Assembly (NCBI RefSeq): GCF_036365525.1
Contig: NC_090411.1
Span: 21,343,259-21,407,258, forward strand
Length of the DNA: 64,000 nucleotides
Reading direction: 5' to 3'
Source: Heterodontus francisci
Taxonomy: Eukaryota
The translations under genes were made by a program, and so were the position numbers. Numbering within the stretch: the first letter of the stretch is position 1; every line of letters starts with the position of its first letter. Of the stretch, positions 13,071 to 26,100 are shown in pieces. The notes beneath the pieces are model-generated. The model was not told where the DNA came from and ran no database searches. It saw only the letters and a program-made list of their open reading frames with translations.

Positions 13071-16000
13071 TCAAGATTGTGCCTGGAAGAAATTATTACA
13101 GAAGGATGGAAATGTGAAGGTAAAGCTAAGTAATACAAAGATGAATCTAAATGAATACGGAAGTGAAACAAAGTGAGTTGGAGGTAGAATCAAGTAATAT
13201 GGAGGAGGAAATAAGTGAACATGGAGGTAGAGCTAAGAGGTTATGGGAGTGGGATTAAGTTATGTGATGTTGGAACTAAGTTATTAGTATAGCATCTTTA
13301 AAATAGAACAACATCACAGGGCATGTTGGGAAACTCTAATCAGACAAAGAAATCAACAGCAAGCCAAGGAAGGAACTATTAGGAGGGATGACTAAAATTG
13401 TGGCCAAAGTGATGGGTTTTAAGAAAGGTCTTAAAGAAAGAGAGGGAGCTGGAGAGGTTTAGGGAGGGAATTCCAGATTTAACTAAGTGATCATGGAGGT
13501 ATGACATAATGATATTGAGGTGGGACTAAATGATTATTGAGATGGAATTACAGAGCTGTAGAGTGTAACTGTATGGTTTGAGAGCCAGTCGGAACTGGCT
13601 GTAGTGAACAAAGCCGAAGCAGCTTTTGGAGAATGGGACTAAATGGCTATTGGTGTGAGAACTACTTTTCTGCCAGCGAACCTCCCTGTCAGGACGTTTC
13701 TTTCTGTATTTCTGATATGAGGATATCCTTAAGCCATAGGAACAGAAGGAGGCCATTCAGTCCCTCGAGCCTGTTCCACCATCCAATGAGATCATGGCTG
13801 ATCTGCGACCGAACTCCATATACTCACCTTTCCCCATTAATACCGTTTGACTAACAAAAATTTCAGTTTTAAGATTAACTTTTATATTGATCTTGTTTTA
13901 ATTCAGATTGCAGGATTCCATCCGCCATGAGCACATTCCCAGCGTTTATGCATTAAATCTCATTACCATCTACGAACAGTATTCTTTGGAAACCGAATTC
14001 TATGGCCTAAGTGCTGGGATGCACTTCATGAATGCTGGTCTTGCAGAATCTGAATTCCAAAACAAACATAAAAGGCTTTTCAATGCTTAATTGCCCATGA
14101 GCACAATTTCATCAGGCCTGTTCATGCTCTCAGAGCCAATTATATGTGATCTCTTTGTCCGTACTTCTGTTGCTACTCCCTGTTATTACACCATCTAATT
14201 GTACAATCAATAAATAAACACATAGTGAGTCCAGTAAAAATGAGCGATCGGAAGTTTGGGCCTGGATTTTTCCTCAGGATAGATGGTAATGGGTTACCAT
14301 TGAATCTTCCTTCATGCATTCAAATTAGTTTCCTTTACTGGCAGTATCCAGCAGAATAAAATATGCCAATCGCCATCTGCTGTGTCCTGAAGATCTTGAC
14401 CACTGCTTTTGGTATGTCTGACCCCATGGTGAACTCCGGTGAGAGCGCAGGTTGTGAGAGGACATCTTGTTGTTGTGCCCTCTGAACACTGATTAAACAT
14501 CTAGCTGGAGTTCTACCCGTTCAGAACGGCTATGAAAAGTGCATCTAAAAATAAGGAAAATTGATTGTGAGCTAGACCTCATCCCCATTGCCAAATGGAC
14601 AATCAGGAGATGATTTCGGAATTCTGCCATCGAGTCTCTGACTTTGAAGCCCTCTTGCCCTTACCATCCCCACTTAGTGCAGCAGGTAAACCTCACAGCT
14701 CTGCTCATTGCCGAGTGACAATCTGATTTAAATTGGCAGTAAATTTACTTCAGCCAGGAAAATACAGCCTGTTCTCGTCAGATTGAATTGTTTACAAATC
14801 ATGGTCAAGGTACAGATAGCTCAATTGCACTGGACCCATAGTCATCAGTTTTCTCAGCAACAGAACTCAATTAGCTGGAGAATGGTGTACGCTTGTTTTA
14901 TATTTAAGTCCTTTGAAAGAGTGGATTGAAAGTCTATATAATGGGATTGAATGAGAAGCAATTTGCTCCACTGGATTCCTGTGCACTATTATATGTACAG
15001 ATCAAAAACGCATCTGACTGTACTGTACAAGGGTAAGAAAGGATGGTGTGGGGCTAAGAGCAGCTCTAAAGTCACAATTAGTTTGCATCCAGCGGAGGCT
15101 GTGTCCTCAATTAACTCAATGGTGCACATCCTAACATTTCTCAGTGTTAAAGCCCACAACAGAAAGCCAACTTTCTTCTACATAGTTCTCTTAATTTAGT
15201 AATGTTGACTGTCGATTGTGTAAACGCTAGATGACAAATCACAAGGCTTGTGTTCTGAAGATTCTGAAAGATAATTTGTGTATGCAGTGAAAAATGTTGT
15301 ATGGTTGTTGTATGTTCCTGTTATTTCTCATTTGTCAAACAAAATGATGCATTTATAATGGATGTGCTTTCAATGTGGAGACACATAACACTTGTACTGT
15401 CAGTGGTAGAGTGGATTGTCCAGAAATTGACAAAATCTAATGACTTTCTACAATGAAATAACAGAAATAAACTGATGTGGAATCACTGACCTTTATAGGA
15501 TGTGGTTTGCTTTGTGCAGAAATATTGAAGCTCGCCATGCAAGGGGAGACATTTTAACATTTAGCAATAGTGTAAAGCGGGCAATATCATTATACCTTTC
15601 TGCGGTTTTAGTCTCCACTGTATTCAGTGAGGAGTCCACTGGGTTGGGTTCCACAGTATTGTAGGAAGATACCTGTGCTAGTGAACTGTGTGCACAGTTC
15701 CCTCTTCAAACACATGTTTGATCACCACCATTAACTTCTCCCTCCATGAATTAGCTTAGGATGTTTTGCAATCTAAATGGCATTATATAAATGCTTACCT
15801 GTTGCTGTTGGTACTGTGACAAAAAAAAGTTTTCTTCCTGAGTCAAATGAAGGAGCATTTCGACATTTATGTTTTTATATGATTTTAGGTGGGCAGGGTA
15901 AATATGACTTAAAAATTGGCTTCAGCTAGCTGTAGCTGGCAAGGAATCCCTTTGTCTGTATGTATCAGGGAATGGTCAATACACAAAGCTTGCCTGATGT

Positions 16001-16699
16001 ACAACTGCACTTTCAATGAAGATCTGTGCCATGAAATATTTATTTTAGCATAAAAACCTTGTCCTAGCTCTCCTCTTTAAAAGTTTCAGCTAATTCGGGC
16101 TTGTGAGAACATTTCGCCCATGTACAAACATTGGCCCCGATATTTATTGGGGTGAAGATTGATAGTGGTTGAATGCCATGGAGCCTGATTGACAGGATTG
16201 GCACCTGTCGGGCAGGGAACTCTCCATGAGAGGCCCCAGATCTGGATCAGACTGGTTCAGTAGTTGTTGGAGGTAGAGATGCCAAGCAGAAGTGGGGTGG
16301 GTAGTGACATCATGGTGGAGATGTAGCTGATTACAGGACTCGGGGATCGCGGAAGGTCAGGGAAAGAATGGAGAGGGTGTCCAAGATCAAAGGGAGATGG
16401 GGGGTGGGGGGGATGTCAGGGGTGGGGAGGGGGCTGGTGGAGAGATGGAGGTCAGTAATGGGGGAGTCAGTGATGGGAAGGTCAGTGAGTGGGGGGGTTG
16501 GTCAATGATCACAAGGAGGGTTTCGGTGAAGGTGGGGCTGGGGGCATGTCAGGAATCATTCTTGCTCCGCCTGGTCTACAAGCAGTGCTGTAAAGGCACT
16601 TACCTGATGGGTCCGGTCCTTATCTCCTCCTTTTACCAGTCAGATTTCCAGAGGCTCCAGGGAATGTGGTTAAAAATAGGAAGCCTGTTAAACCCACAA

Positions 16700-16975
16700 C
16701 ATCTACTGCCTAGAAGAACAAGGGCAGCAGGTGCAAGGGAACATCACCACCTGAAAATTCTTCTCCAAGTCACGCACCATTCCGCCTTGGAAATATATCG
16801 CTATTCCTTCACTGTCCCTGGGCCAAAATCCTGGAACTCTCTATCTAACAGCACTGTGAGTGTACCTAGATCAAATGGACTGCAGTGGTTCACCACCACC
16901 TTCTCAAGGGAAATTAGGGGTTCGCAATAAATTCTGGCCTTGCCAGCAATGACAACATCCATGAATGAATACAAA
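16700..16975 (+). mobile_element. 3' end of a second LINE family (CR1/L2 group), same family as 25390-25955
   Basis: Shared sequence PPRRTRAAG...SFTVxGxKSWNSL and tail GCAATAAATxCTGGCCTTGCCAGC. Confidence 0.75.
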
Positions 16976-18933
16976 ACAAATAGAGGCAGATAGCCTGTTT
17001 AAAAAGTTACAGTAACTGTCCCGCCTTCTGAGAAGAGATTGGTTGCTCACACCTCCTCCCGCTTCAGCTAAACCCGCCCAATTCCAGTTTAAACGCGGGT
17101 TGCATTCCCGTTTCAGATTTTTAACGTTTTAACTTCCCACCCAACCCAATCCCACCCATTTTTGGGAGTTAAAATTACCCAATTATTACATCAGAAAGTC
17201 TACAAAAGACTGCCACCTCCAAATCGCTTTCAGATGATCATATTGTGAAAGAGATACACTTTGAAGACGATAGATTTAGCCCCATGTGGGCTAATTCTAT
17301 CATTAGAATTTTCTCCTTATCTGCACTGTCATCTTCTTATTCTGTCGCTCTGCTTCTACCTATAATCTTACTTGCAAATAAATCTGAATAGTAGTTTTAG
17401 CATTAAGCACTAACCTGACATTAGAGTATTTAGTGCCTTATGGAATAAATAGGAAAATATTGTGGGCATGCCACATAGTCTCGGGTGCTCCATAGTTAAG
17501 GGTCAATTAATGCTTGTTTGACATGTGATCCCATTCAGATTGCACAATGCAACATAGGAGAGTCAGGCAGCTTATAGAAACTTCTCTGCCATAAGCACGA
17601 GAGCAGGTTATCGTTAGTATAAATTGGGAGAAAACCCAACCACAAGAGATTACGTCTGCTTTCCCCATTCTCTACATAAGAATAAACCAAAGCCACTGAT
17701 GATCACTGAGGGGAGGAGGTTACATGTAAACCTAAAAGCACAGTATTTTTCAGGATATTGAAAGCGAAGAGTTCCTTCACTGTCGCTGGGTTAAAAACCT
17801 GGAACTCCCTCCCTAACAGCACTGTGGGTGTACCTACACCAGACAGACTGCAGCGGTTCAAGAAGGCAGTTCACCACCACCTTCTCAAGGGAAACTAGGG
17901 AAGCTTTGCCAATGACGCTCACATCCCATAAAAGCATAAAAAACCCACTGAGATATAAAAGCAACCTTTGGGATTGTTCCACTAACTGTGTAGTTCAGCG
18001 TTTGTATGGAACTCTCCTGCATTGTGACAACTGAAGAGCACCAAAAGTGAATGTTCTATGCAATACAAGATTTCTCAGTGATTTGTACATTGCCCAGAAT
18101 ACCTTTAAGATACAAAGTATGATTTACAAAAAAGAATGCATTGGGATATTTATGTTAGAGTTCTATCTACATCTAGCTCATTATACTATCTTTACCCATT
18201 GTTTGATTAACTCCCTTGCAGTACATTCACCAGCTATAGTTTAGAACTGGGAACAAACAAGGAGATAATAGGACAGATGACATAAAGTTTGGTCAGAGAT
18301 ATAGGTTTTAACGAGTGTCTTAAAGGAGGGAAGAAAACTCGTGAAGCAGAGAGGATTAGGGAGGGAATTCCAGAATTTAGAGCCTAGACAGCAGAAGGCA
18401 CAGCTGCCAATGGTAAATAATGAAAATGGGGGGGGTGCGCAAGAGGCCGGAATCCCATGTGGTTACTTAACAGAGGAAGTTCTTTTGTCCTCTGTCCCAT
18501 AGCAGTTTGCTCCATTTCATTCCTGAAGGTATGAGCTATTATTCAAGTTTAACTTTTAGACATTCATAGAAGTGGAAGTTACAACACGAACAGATGCCAG
18601 TCAGACCCAGTCAGTCCGTGTTGGCATTTACCCTTCACATGAGCAAATATTTCTGATCACATTTACCCGCCCTGTTCCTACATCCCTCCATCCCCTTTCC
18701 CAATCCACCAATCCAATCTAATCTTGAATGTTGACATTTCCGCCATAACTACAAACCCTGGAAGTGAATTCCACAACTCTCACTGCAAAGAGCTTCAGCT
18801 TGTTCTCTGCTCTCCTTTCCTTATATTTAATCTTGTATCTCGTTCTAGATTCCCTCGACTACTGTAAGCAGTCTGCTTTCTTCTGCCCCTTCCTGTCCTT
18901 TCATAACTTTAAACACTTATCGCATAACTCCAA

Positions 18934-19287
18934 GGGCGGCACAGTGGCGCAGTGGTTAGCACCGCAGCCTCACAGCTCCAGGGACCCGGGTTCGATTCCA
19001 GGTACTGCCTGTGTGGAGTTTGCAAGTTCTCCCTGTGTCTGCGTGGATTTTCTCCGGGTGCTCCGGTTTCCTCCCACAAGCCAAAAGACTTGCAGGTTGA
19101 TAGGTAAATTGGCCATTATAAATTGTCACTAGTGTAGGTAGGTGGTAGGGAAATATAGGGACAGGTGGGGATGTTTGGTAGGAATATGGGATTAGTGTAG
19201 GATTAGTATAAATGGGTGGTTGATGTTCGGCACAGACTCGGTGGGCCGAAGGGCCTGTTTCAGTGCTGTATCTCTAATCTAATCTAA
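18934..19287 (+). mobile_element. HE1-like tRNA-derived V-SINE, full length
   Basis: A box TGGCGCAGTGG, B box GGTTCGATTCC, V-domain core CTCCGGTTTCCTCCCAC, LINE-derived tail GGGCCGAAGGGCCTGTTTCAGTGCTGTATCTCTAA. Confidence 0.92.
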
Positions 19288-19714
19288 ATTGCATCATTTT
19301 AAACAACAAAGAGGTCCTTCAGTGGACTACAATTAAAATGAAGTTGATCTTTGCCCTTGGAGAACTTTTAATACCTTTCTTGGGAAACGATGGTCATCCC
19401 TCATAATGTAATATCCATTTTCCTCACACTTCAGTGAAAGAGCCTTAGGTGTTTCTTTGCATGAACGACACTTTATAACTGCAAGTTGTCGTGGTAATAT
19501 GGGCCTGGGAGCAGGACTCATGCCTGCCATGTTTCTTGGGGATTGAAACTGGACATACGGAATCCATAGAGGGAAAGAATTTGAGATTCTCCGAATATTA
19601 GTTTTATAATGCTGATAACTTTCAAACTTCCAATACAGAATGGAACCCTGACATGGACTAAAGCAAGTTACAGACACAGAATTGAGCTCAAGGCCCCGTT
19701 GCACATGTTTAAGC

Positions 19715-20119
19715 TCATCTTTTCTTTCTCTTTTTCTCCATCGCTACCAGATCTAAGGTCGAATATTGCACTTCTGCTTCCTGTGGCATTTGCTGTGTCC
19801 ATGGTGACCGCTCCTGCCGTGCCAACCACTGCTGTGGGGGCAAACCCAGATCTCTCAGCAGCTGCTTCCCTCTCGGCACCCGCTGATCCCGTGGCAACCC
19901 CTGCTCCCGTGGCAACCCCTGCTCTCGTGGCAACCCCTGCTCTCGTGGCAACCGCTGCTCCCGTGGCAACCCCTGCTCCTGTGGCAACCCCTGCTCCCGT
20001 GGTAACCGCTGGTCCCGTGGTAACCGCTGGTCCCGTGGCAACCGCTGGTCCTGCGGCATCCGCTGCTCCTGTGGCAACCCCTGCTGCCCTGGCAACCACT
20101 GGTCCTGTGGCATCTGCTG
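19715..20119 (-). CDS. IgSF receptor exon 6: cytoplasmic hexapeptide repeats plus ITIM, terminal exon
   Basis: Acceptor CTTTATTTTCTCACAAG followed by CAGCAG (tandem acceptors), phase 0. Reads QQMPQDQW(LPxxQx)n...[27 protein letters not shown] matches the ITIM consensus (I/V/L/S)xYxx(L/V). Confidence 0.8.
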   Translation of the reverse strand, partial: QQMPQDQWLPGQQGLPQEQRMPQDQRLPRDQRLPRDQRLPREQGLPQEQGLPREQRLPREQGLPREQGLPREQGLPRDQRVPRGKQLLRDLGLPPQQWLARQERSPWTQQMPQEAEVQYSTLDLVAMEKKRKKR

Positions 20120-23100
20120 CTTGTGAGAAAATAAAGAAGGTTAAAGATTACATTAAGAAAACTAAACCTCAGGAGTTTGCTCATGCAGATGTTCTCATTA
20201 AAGAAAAAGAGAGAGAATGATTTACCTTCCCCGAACGTCAGGACGTCCCAAAGCGCTTTACAGCCAATGAAGTATTTTTGAAGTATAGTCATTGTTGTAA
20301 CTCTTTTATAACCAAACAGGTCAAATTAACAAAAGTGCCTCGTTAAACAATACACTCCAAATTTTGAGAAAAACCAAGGAAACTTCTCAAACTAAAGCAA
20401 GATGTGACTCTTAGTGTCGACGATGCACTCCAGTCCCTCTGCTGCCTATTGGTCGCAGAAGCTCAGTAGCATACTGGCGAACACGGCGAGCTCCCTCCCC
20501 AGGGACACCCAGGTGCAAACATAGCCGCGGAAGAGAGGCCAGTCAGGCAAGCTGAACAATCCCCTCGATCGCTGCCACCCTTGACTTGTGGATGGCCACC
20601 TTGTCCAGGCCCAGGAGCACTCCCACGAGGAGGTTCTCCAACTTGCCCGCTCCCCTCATCCACAACGGGTGGCCTAAGTTCAAGAACTTGGGACCGAAGT
20701 GCGGACAAATGTTGAGGAGCAGGGGCTTCGCATAGTGTAGTCACTATTGTAATATAGGAAACAAGCAACCTATTTGTGCAGAGCAAGATCCCACAAACAG
20801 TAATGTGATAATGACCAAAATCACATATTTTTAGGTTTCGGTTGAGAGATAAATATTGGCCAGTACACTGGGGAAAAATACCCTGCTCCTCTTCAAAACA
20901 GCTTGATGGGATCTTTTATGTTTGCCTTAGAAGGCAGTCAGGTCCTTGGTTTAACATCTTATTGGAAAGATAGTACCTCCAACTGTGCAACATTCCCTTG
21001 GGACTGCACTGAGATGTCAGCCTCGATTTTTGCACTTAAACACATGGAATGGGACTTGAACCCACAACCTTCTTGACACAGAGGGTGCTACCCACTGAGC
21101 CACAGCTGACAATAGCACTGACATTGGAATAAGCAGCTCCAGTGAGTGGCAACTCAGGAATTAGGTAAACCGTCCCTTCTTGTCCTCTCTGACCTGTCTG
21201 CAGATTTGGCACAGTTGATCATGCCATTCTTCTCCAAAGCCTCTCCACTATTGTCCAGCTGGTTGGGACTGCACTTACCTGGTTCAATTCTTAGCCATCT
21301 AATTGTAGTCAGAGATTTGCCATCAATGGGTTCTCTTCCCACTTCCGCACCATTACCTCTGGTCCCCCAAGGATCTATCTTTGGCCCCCTCCTATTTCTC
21401 ATCTACATGCTGCCCTTCAGTGACATCATCCAAAAATATATCAGTTTCTACATGTCTGCTGCTGATACTCAGCACAGTGGCACAGTGGTTAGCACTGCAG
21501 CCTCACAGCTCCAGCGACCCGGGTTCAATTCTGGGTACTGCCTGTGTGGAGTTTGCAAGTTCTCCCTGTGTCTGCGTGGGTTTCCTCCGGGTGCTCCGGT
21601 TTCCTCCCACAAGCCAAAAGACTTGCAGGTTGGTAGGTAAATTGGCCATTATAAATTGCCCCTAGTATAGGTAGGTGGTAGGGAAATATAGGGACAGGTG
21701 GGGATGTGGTAGGAATATGGGATTAGTGTAGGATTAGTATAAATGGGTGGTTGATGGTCGGCACAGACTCGGTGGGCCGAAGGGCCTGTTTCAGTGCTGT
21801 ATCTCTAAACAAATAAACAAAATCTCACCACCAACTCTCTTGATTTCTCCATTGACCCCAATATGAACAGACATAAGAATGTAAGCAATATGAGCAGAAG
21901 CAGGCCATTCGGTCCCTCGAGACTTCTCCGTCACTCAATACGATCAGGGCTGATCTGATTGTGGCCTCAACGTCACTTTCCTGCCTACCCCCCATAACCC
22001 TTGACTCCCTTCTAGATCAAAAATCTGTCTAACTCAGCCTTGAATATATTCAACGACCCAGCCTCCACTGCTCTCTAGGGAAGAGGATTCCAAAGATTAA
22101 CAACCCTCTGAGAGGAGAAATTCCTCCTTCTCTCCATTTAAAAAAAGAGACCCCTTATTTTGAAACTGTGGTCCCTAGTTCTAGATTCCCCAACGAGGTG
22201 TAGCATCCTCTCAGCATCTACCCTGTCAAGCCCCCTCAGAATCTTACATATTTCAATAAGTTCACCTCTCATTCTTCTAAACTCAAATGAGTATAGGCCC
22301 AACCTGCTCAACCTTTCCTCATAAGACAACCCCTTCATCCCATGGATCAGCCCAGTGAACCTTCTCTGAACTGCTTCCACAGCAAGTATATCCCTCCTTA
22401 AGTAAGAAGACCAAAACTGTACACAGTACTCTAGGTGTGGTCTCACCAACGCCTTGTACAGTTGTAGCAAGACTTCCCTACTTTTATACTCCATCCCCCT
22501 TGAAATAAATGCCAACATTCCATTTGCCTTCCTAATTACTTGCTGTATCTGCATGCTAACGTTTTGTGATTCATGTACAAGGACACCCAGATCCTTCTGA
22601 ATCGCAGCATTCTGCAGTCTCTCTCCATGTAAATAATATTCTCCTCTATTCTTCCTGCAGAAGTGGACAACCTCACATTTTCCCACGTTATATCCCATCT
22701 GCCAAATTTTTGCCCATTCATTTAACCTATCTATATCTTTTTGAAGACACATTGTATCCTTCTCACAACTTGCTTTCCTGTGTTTGTATTACCCACAAAT
22801 TTGGCTACAATACACTCCCTTCATGCAAGTCATTAAGATAGGTTGTAAATAGTTGAGACTCCAGCACTGATCCCTGTGGCACTCCACCAATTACAGTTTG
22901 CCAACCTCAAAATGCCCCATTTAACCTGACTCTTTGTTTTCTGTTAGTTAGCCAATCCTCTATCCATGCTAATATATTACCAACACCATGCGATCTTATC
23001 TTGTGTAGTACCCTTTTATGTGGCACCTTATCAAATGCCTTTTGGAAATCCAAGTACACTACATCTACTGGTTCCCCTTTATCCTCCCTACTTGTTACTT

Positions 23101-26100
23101 CCTCCAATTCTCTAATAAATTTGTCAAACACGATTTCCCTTACATAAAACTGTGTTGACTCTGCTTGATTGCATTATGATTTTCTAAATGTTCTGCCATT
23201 ACTTCCTTAATAATGGATTCTAGCATTTTCCCAATGACAGATGTTATGCTAACTGGCCTATAGTTTCCTGCTTTCTGCCACCGCCCTTTCTTGAATTGAG
23301 GTGTTATATTTGTGGTTTTCCAGTCTGCTGGGACCTTTCCAGAATCAAGGGAATTTTGGAAAATTACCATCAATGCATCCACTACTACTTCTTTTAAGAC
23401 CCTTCGGATGGAGGCCATCAGGTCCAGGGGACTTGTCAGCCTTTAGTCCCATTAGGTTTCCTAGTACTTTTTCTCTAGTGATAGTGATTGTTTGAAGTTC
23501 CTCCCTCCCCTTTGAGTCTTGATTTTCAACTATTCTTGGGATGGTTTTTGTGTCTTCCACTGTGAAGACAGATACAAAATGCTTTTTCAAAGTCTCTACC
23601 ATTTCCTTGTTTCCCATTATTAATTTCCCACTCTTACCCTCTAAGGGACCAACACTTACTCTCTTCCTTTTTATATATTTGTAGAAGCTTTTACTGTCTG
23701 CTTTTATATTTCTTGCTAGTTTACTCTCATACTCTATTATTTTTTAGTCATCCTCTGCTGGTTTCTAAAATGTTCCCAATCTTCTGCACTACTGCTAATT
23801 TCAACCACTTATCCATGCCATCACTAAGACCACCTATTTCCACCTCTGTAGCATTGTCCAGCTCTGCCCTTGCCTCAGTTCTTCTCCTGCTGAAACCCTC
23901 ATTCATATCTTTGTTACCTCCAGATTTGACTATTCTAATGCACTCCTGACCAGCCTCCCACATTCCAACCTCTGTAAACTTGAGGTCATCCAAAACCCTT
24001 CTGCGTGTGTCCTTACTCATACCAAATCCCATTCACCCATCATCCCCATGTACACTGACATACACTGGCTCCCAGTTAAGCAGCACCTTGACCTTAAAAT
24101 TCTCATTCTTATTTTCAAATCCCTCCAGTGCCTGGCTCTTCCCTATCTCGAATCACCTCCAACCCTGCAACCCTCTGAAATATCTATGCTCCTCTAATTC
24201 TGGCCTCTTGAGCATCCCCAATCTTAATTGTTCTACCATTGGTGGCCCATGCCTTCAGCTGCCAGGCCCCCAACGTCTGGAATTTCCCCTCTAAACCTCT
24301 CCACCACTCTTTCCTCCTCTAAGAAAAAGAAGCAATGGTGACACGAGGAAAAACATTTTCATGCAGCGAGTGGTTAGGATCTGGAATGCACTGCCTCAGA
24401 ATGTGGTGGAGGCAGGCTCGATCGAGGCTCTCAAGAAGGAATTAGATTATTATCTGAAAAGGAAGAATGTGCAGGGCTACAGGGAGAAGGCAAGGAGGCG
24501 GCACTAGGTGAATTGCTCCTTCAGACAGCCAGCACAGACACAATGGGCTGAATAGCCTCCTTCTGTGCTGTAACCTTTCTGTGATTCTAAGACACTCCTT
24601 AAAACCTACCTCTTTGACCTAGCTCTTGGTCATCTGCCCTAATATCTCCTTGTGTGGATCGGTGACATGTTTTGTTTTATAATGCCTCTGTGAAGCACCT
24701 TGGGATGTTGTATTATGTTAAAGGTACTATATAAATACAAGTTGTTGTTGTAGGTCTCAGGGATTATAGATCAGATTAATGGAGAAAGAGTGACACTCGA
24801 GCGGTTTAGAAAAGACATCTGGACTTGACCATGAATCACTCCCATAAACTCGTTGAAACTTCTTAATGAGTATTTACAATGCACAGCTTGTTGTTCATCT
24901 TTGAAATGAGGGCTGATTTTAACTTCAGACATTAGCAGGTGACTATATAGCAGGCCGAGAATGTATCTTCGAGATTGGCCTGACCAGCAGCATTTGTGCA
25001 CCACTCATGAGAAGTTTTATATTGTCCCTACAACCTGTGCAATGTGGGGAAGGCTGGAGATGGCACTTGCTCTATAGCAAACTGCAGTGTTGACCACTGT
25101 TCATCCATCACTCACACAGCAATGCCTGTTTGTAAACAGGGATTATGAGGTCTGATTCCCCTGGTGATGCTTTTCCAGCCTGAAGGTGCCAGGCACTGAG
25201 CAGCCAATGCCACATGCTCCTCCTCACCACACACTGTGATTCACCCTTTCAACCCTTTAATAGATTTGCTGCCAATTATTTGCAAGGTGCCACCGTAAAG
25301 TGGGGCTATATTGTGTGGCATTGTTCCCGTCAGTTAATGGTCATCTTGTACAAGGAGGAGATTAATGAAAGATTAAAATGCTTAGACTGCAGACATCTCC
25401 TGAATCCCCAAAGCCTGTCCACCATCTACAAGGCACAAGTCAGGAGTGTGATGGAATACTCTCCACTTGCCTGGATGGGTGCAGCTTCAACAACACTCAA
25501 GAAGCCCGACACCATCCAGGACAAAGCAGCCTGCTTGATTGGCACCCCATCCATCACCTTACACTCCCTCCACCACTGAAGCACAGTGGCAACAGTGTGT
25601 ACCATATACAAGATACACTGCAGCAACTCACCAATGCTCCTTCTACAGCACCTTCCAAACCCACGACCTCTACCACCTAGAAGGACAAGAGCATCAGATG
25701 CATGGGAACATCATCACCTGCAGGTTCTCCTCCAAGTCACACACCATCCTGACTTGGAACTCTTTCCCTGTTCCTTTACTGTCACTGGGTCAAAATCCTG
25801 GAATTCCCTAACAACACTGTTGGTGTACTTACAGCCCAAGGACTGCAGCAGTTCAAGAAGGCAGTGCACCACCCCCTTCTCAAAGGCAATTAGCAATGAG
25901 CAATAAATGCTGGCCTAGCCAGTGACGCCCACATCCCGGGAACAAATGAAAAAAATATCAAGCAGTTTTAATGCCACATCATATGCTTTTATTGACTAGG
26001 CAATAACCCGCCAGGCAGATTTGCCGCAAAGAGGTAGGTTTTAAGGAGCATCTTAAAGGAGGCGAACGTGGCAGAGAACAGAAAGGTTTTAGGAGGGAAT

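Larger units (their letters stand above)
21160..24750 (+). mobile_element. L2 LINE (RT to 3' end) split by nested insertions
   Basis: LLVLSDLSA...[18 protein letters not shown] at 21170-21420. It resumes near 23790-24300 (LHWLPV-type region) and ends with an L2 tail TATATAAATACAAGTTGTTGTTG at about 24750. Confidence 0.85.

Noticed and set aside
18934-19010. tRNA-like A and B boxes
   Set aside because: This is the head of a SINE present in several copies, not a tRNA gene.
19609-20220. Plus-strand 203-aa Ala/Thr/Pro-repeat ORF (APVATP)n resembling an antifreeze glycoprotein or mucin, plus two other open minus frames (GVATGA and CHGSRG repeats)
   Set aside because: These are shadows of a stop-free 18-bp repeat. 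Only the LPREQG frame has a phase-compatible acceptor and a recognisable motif (ITIM). Stranded RNA-seq would be decisive.
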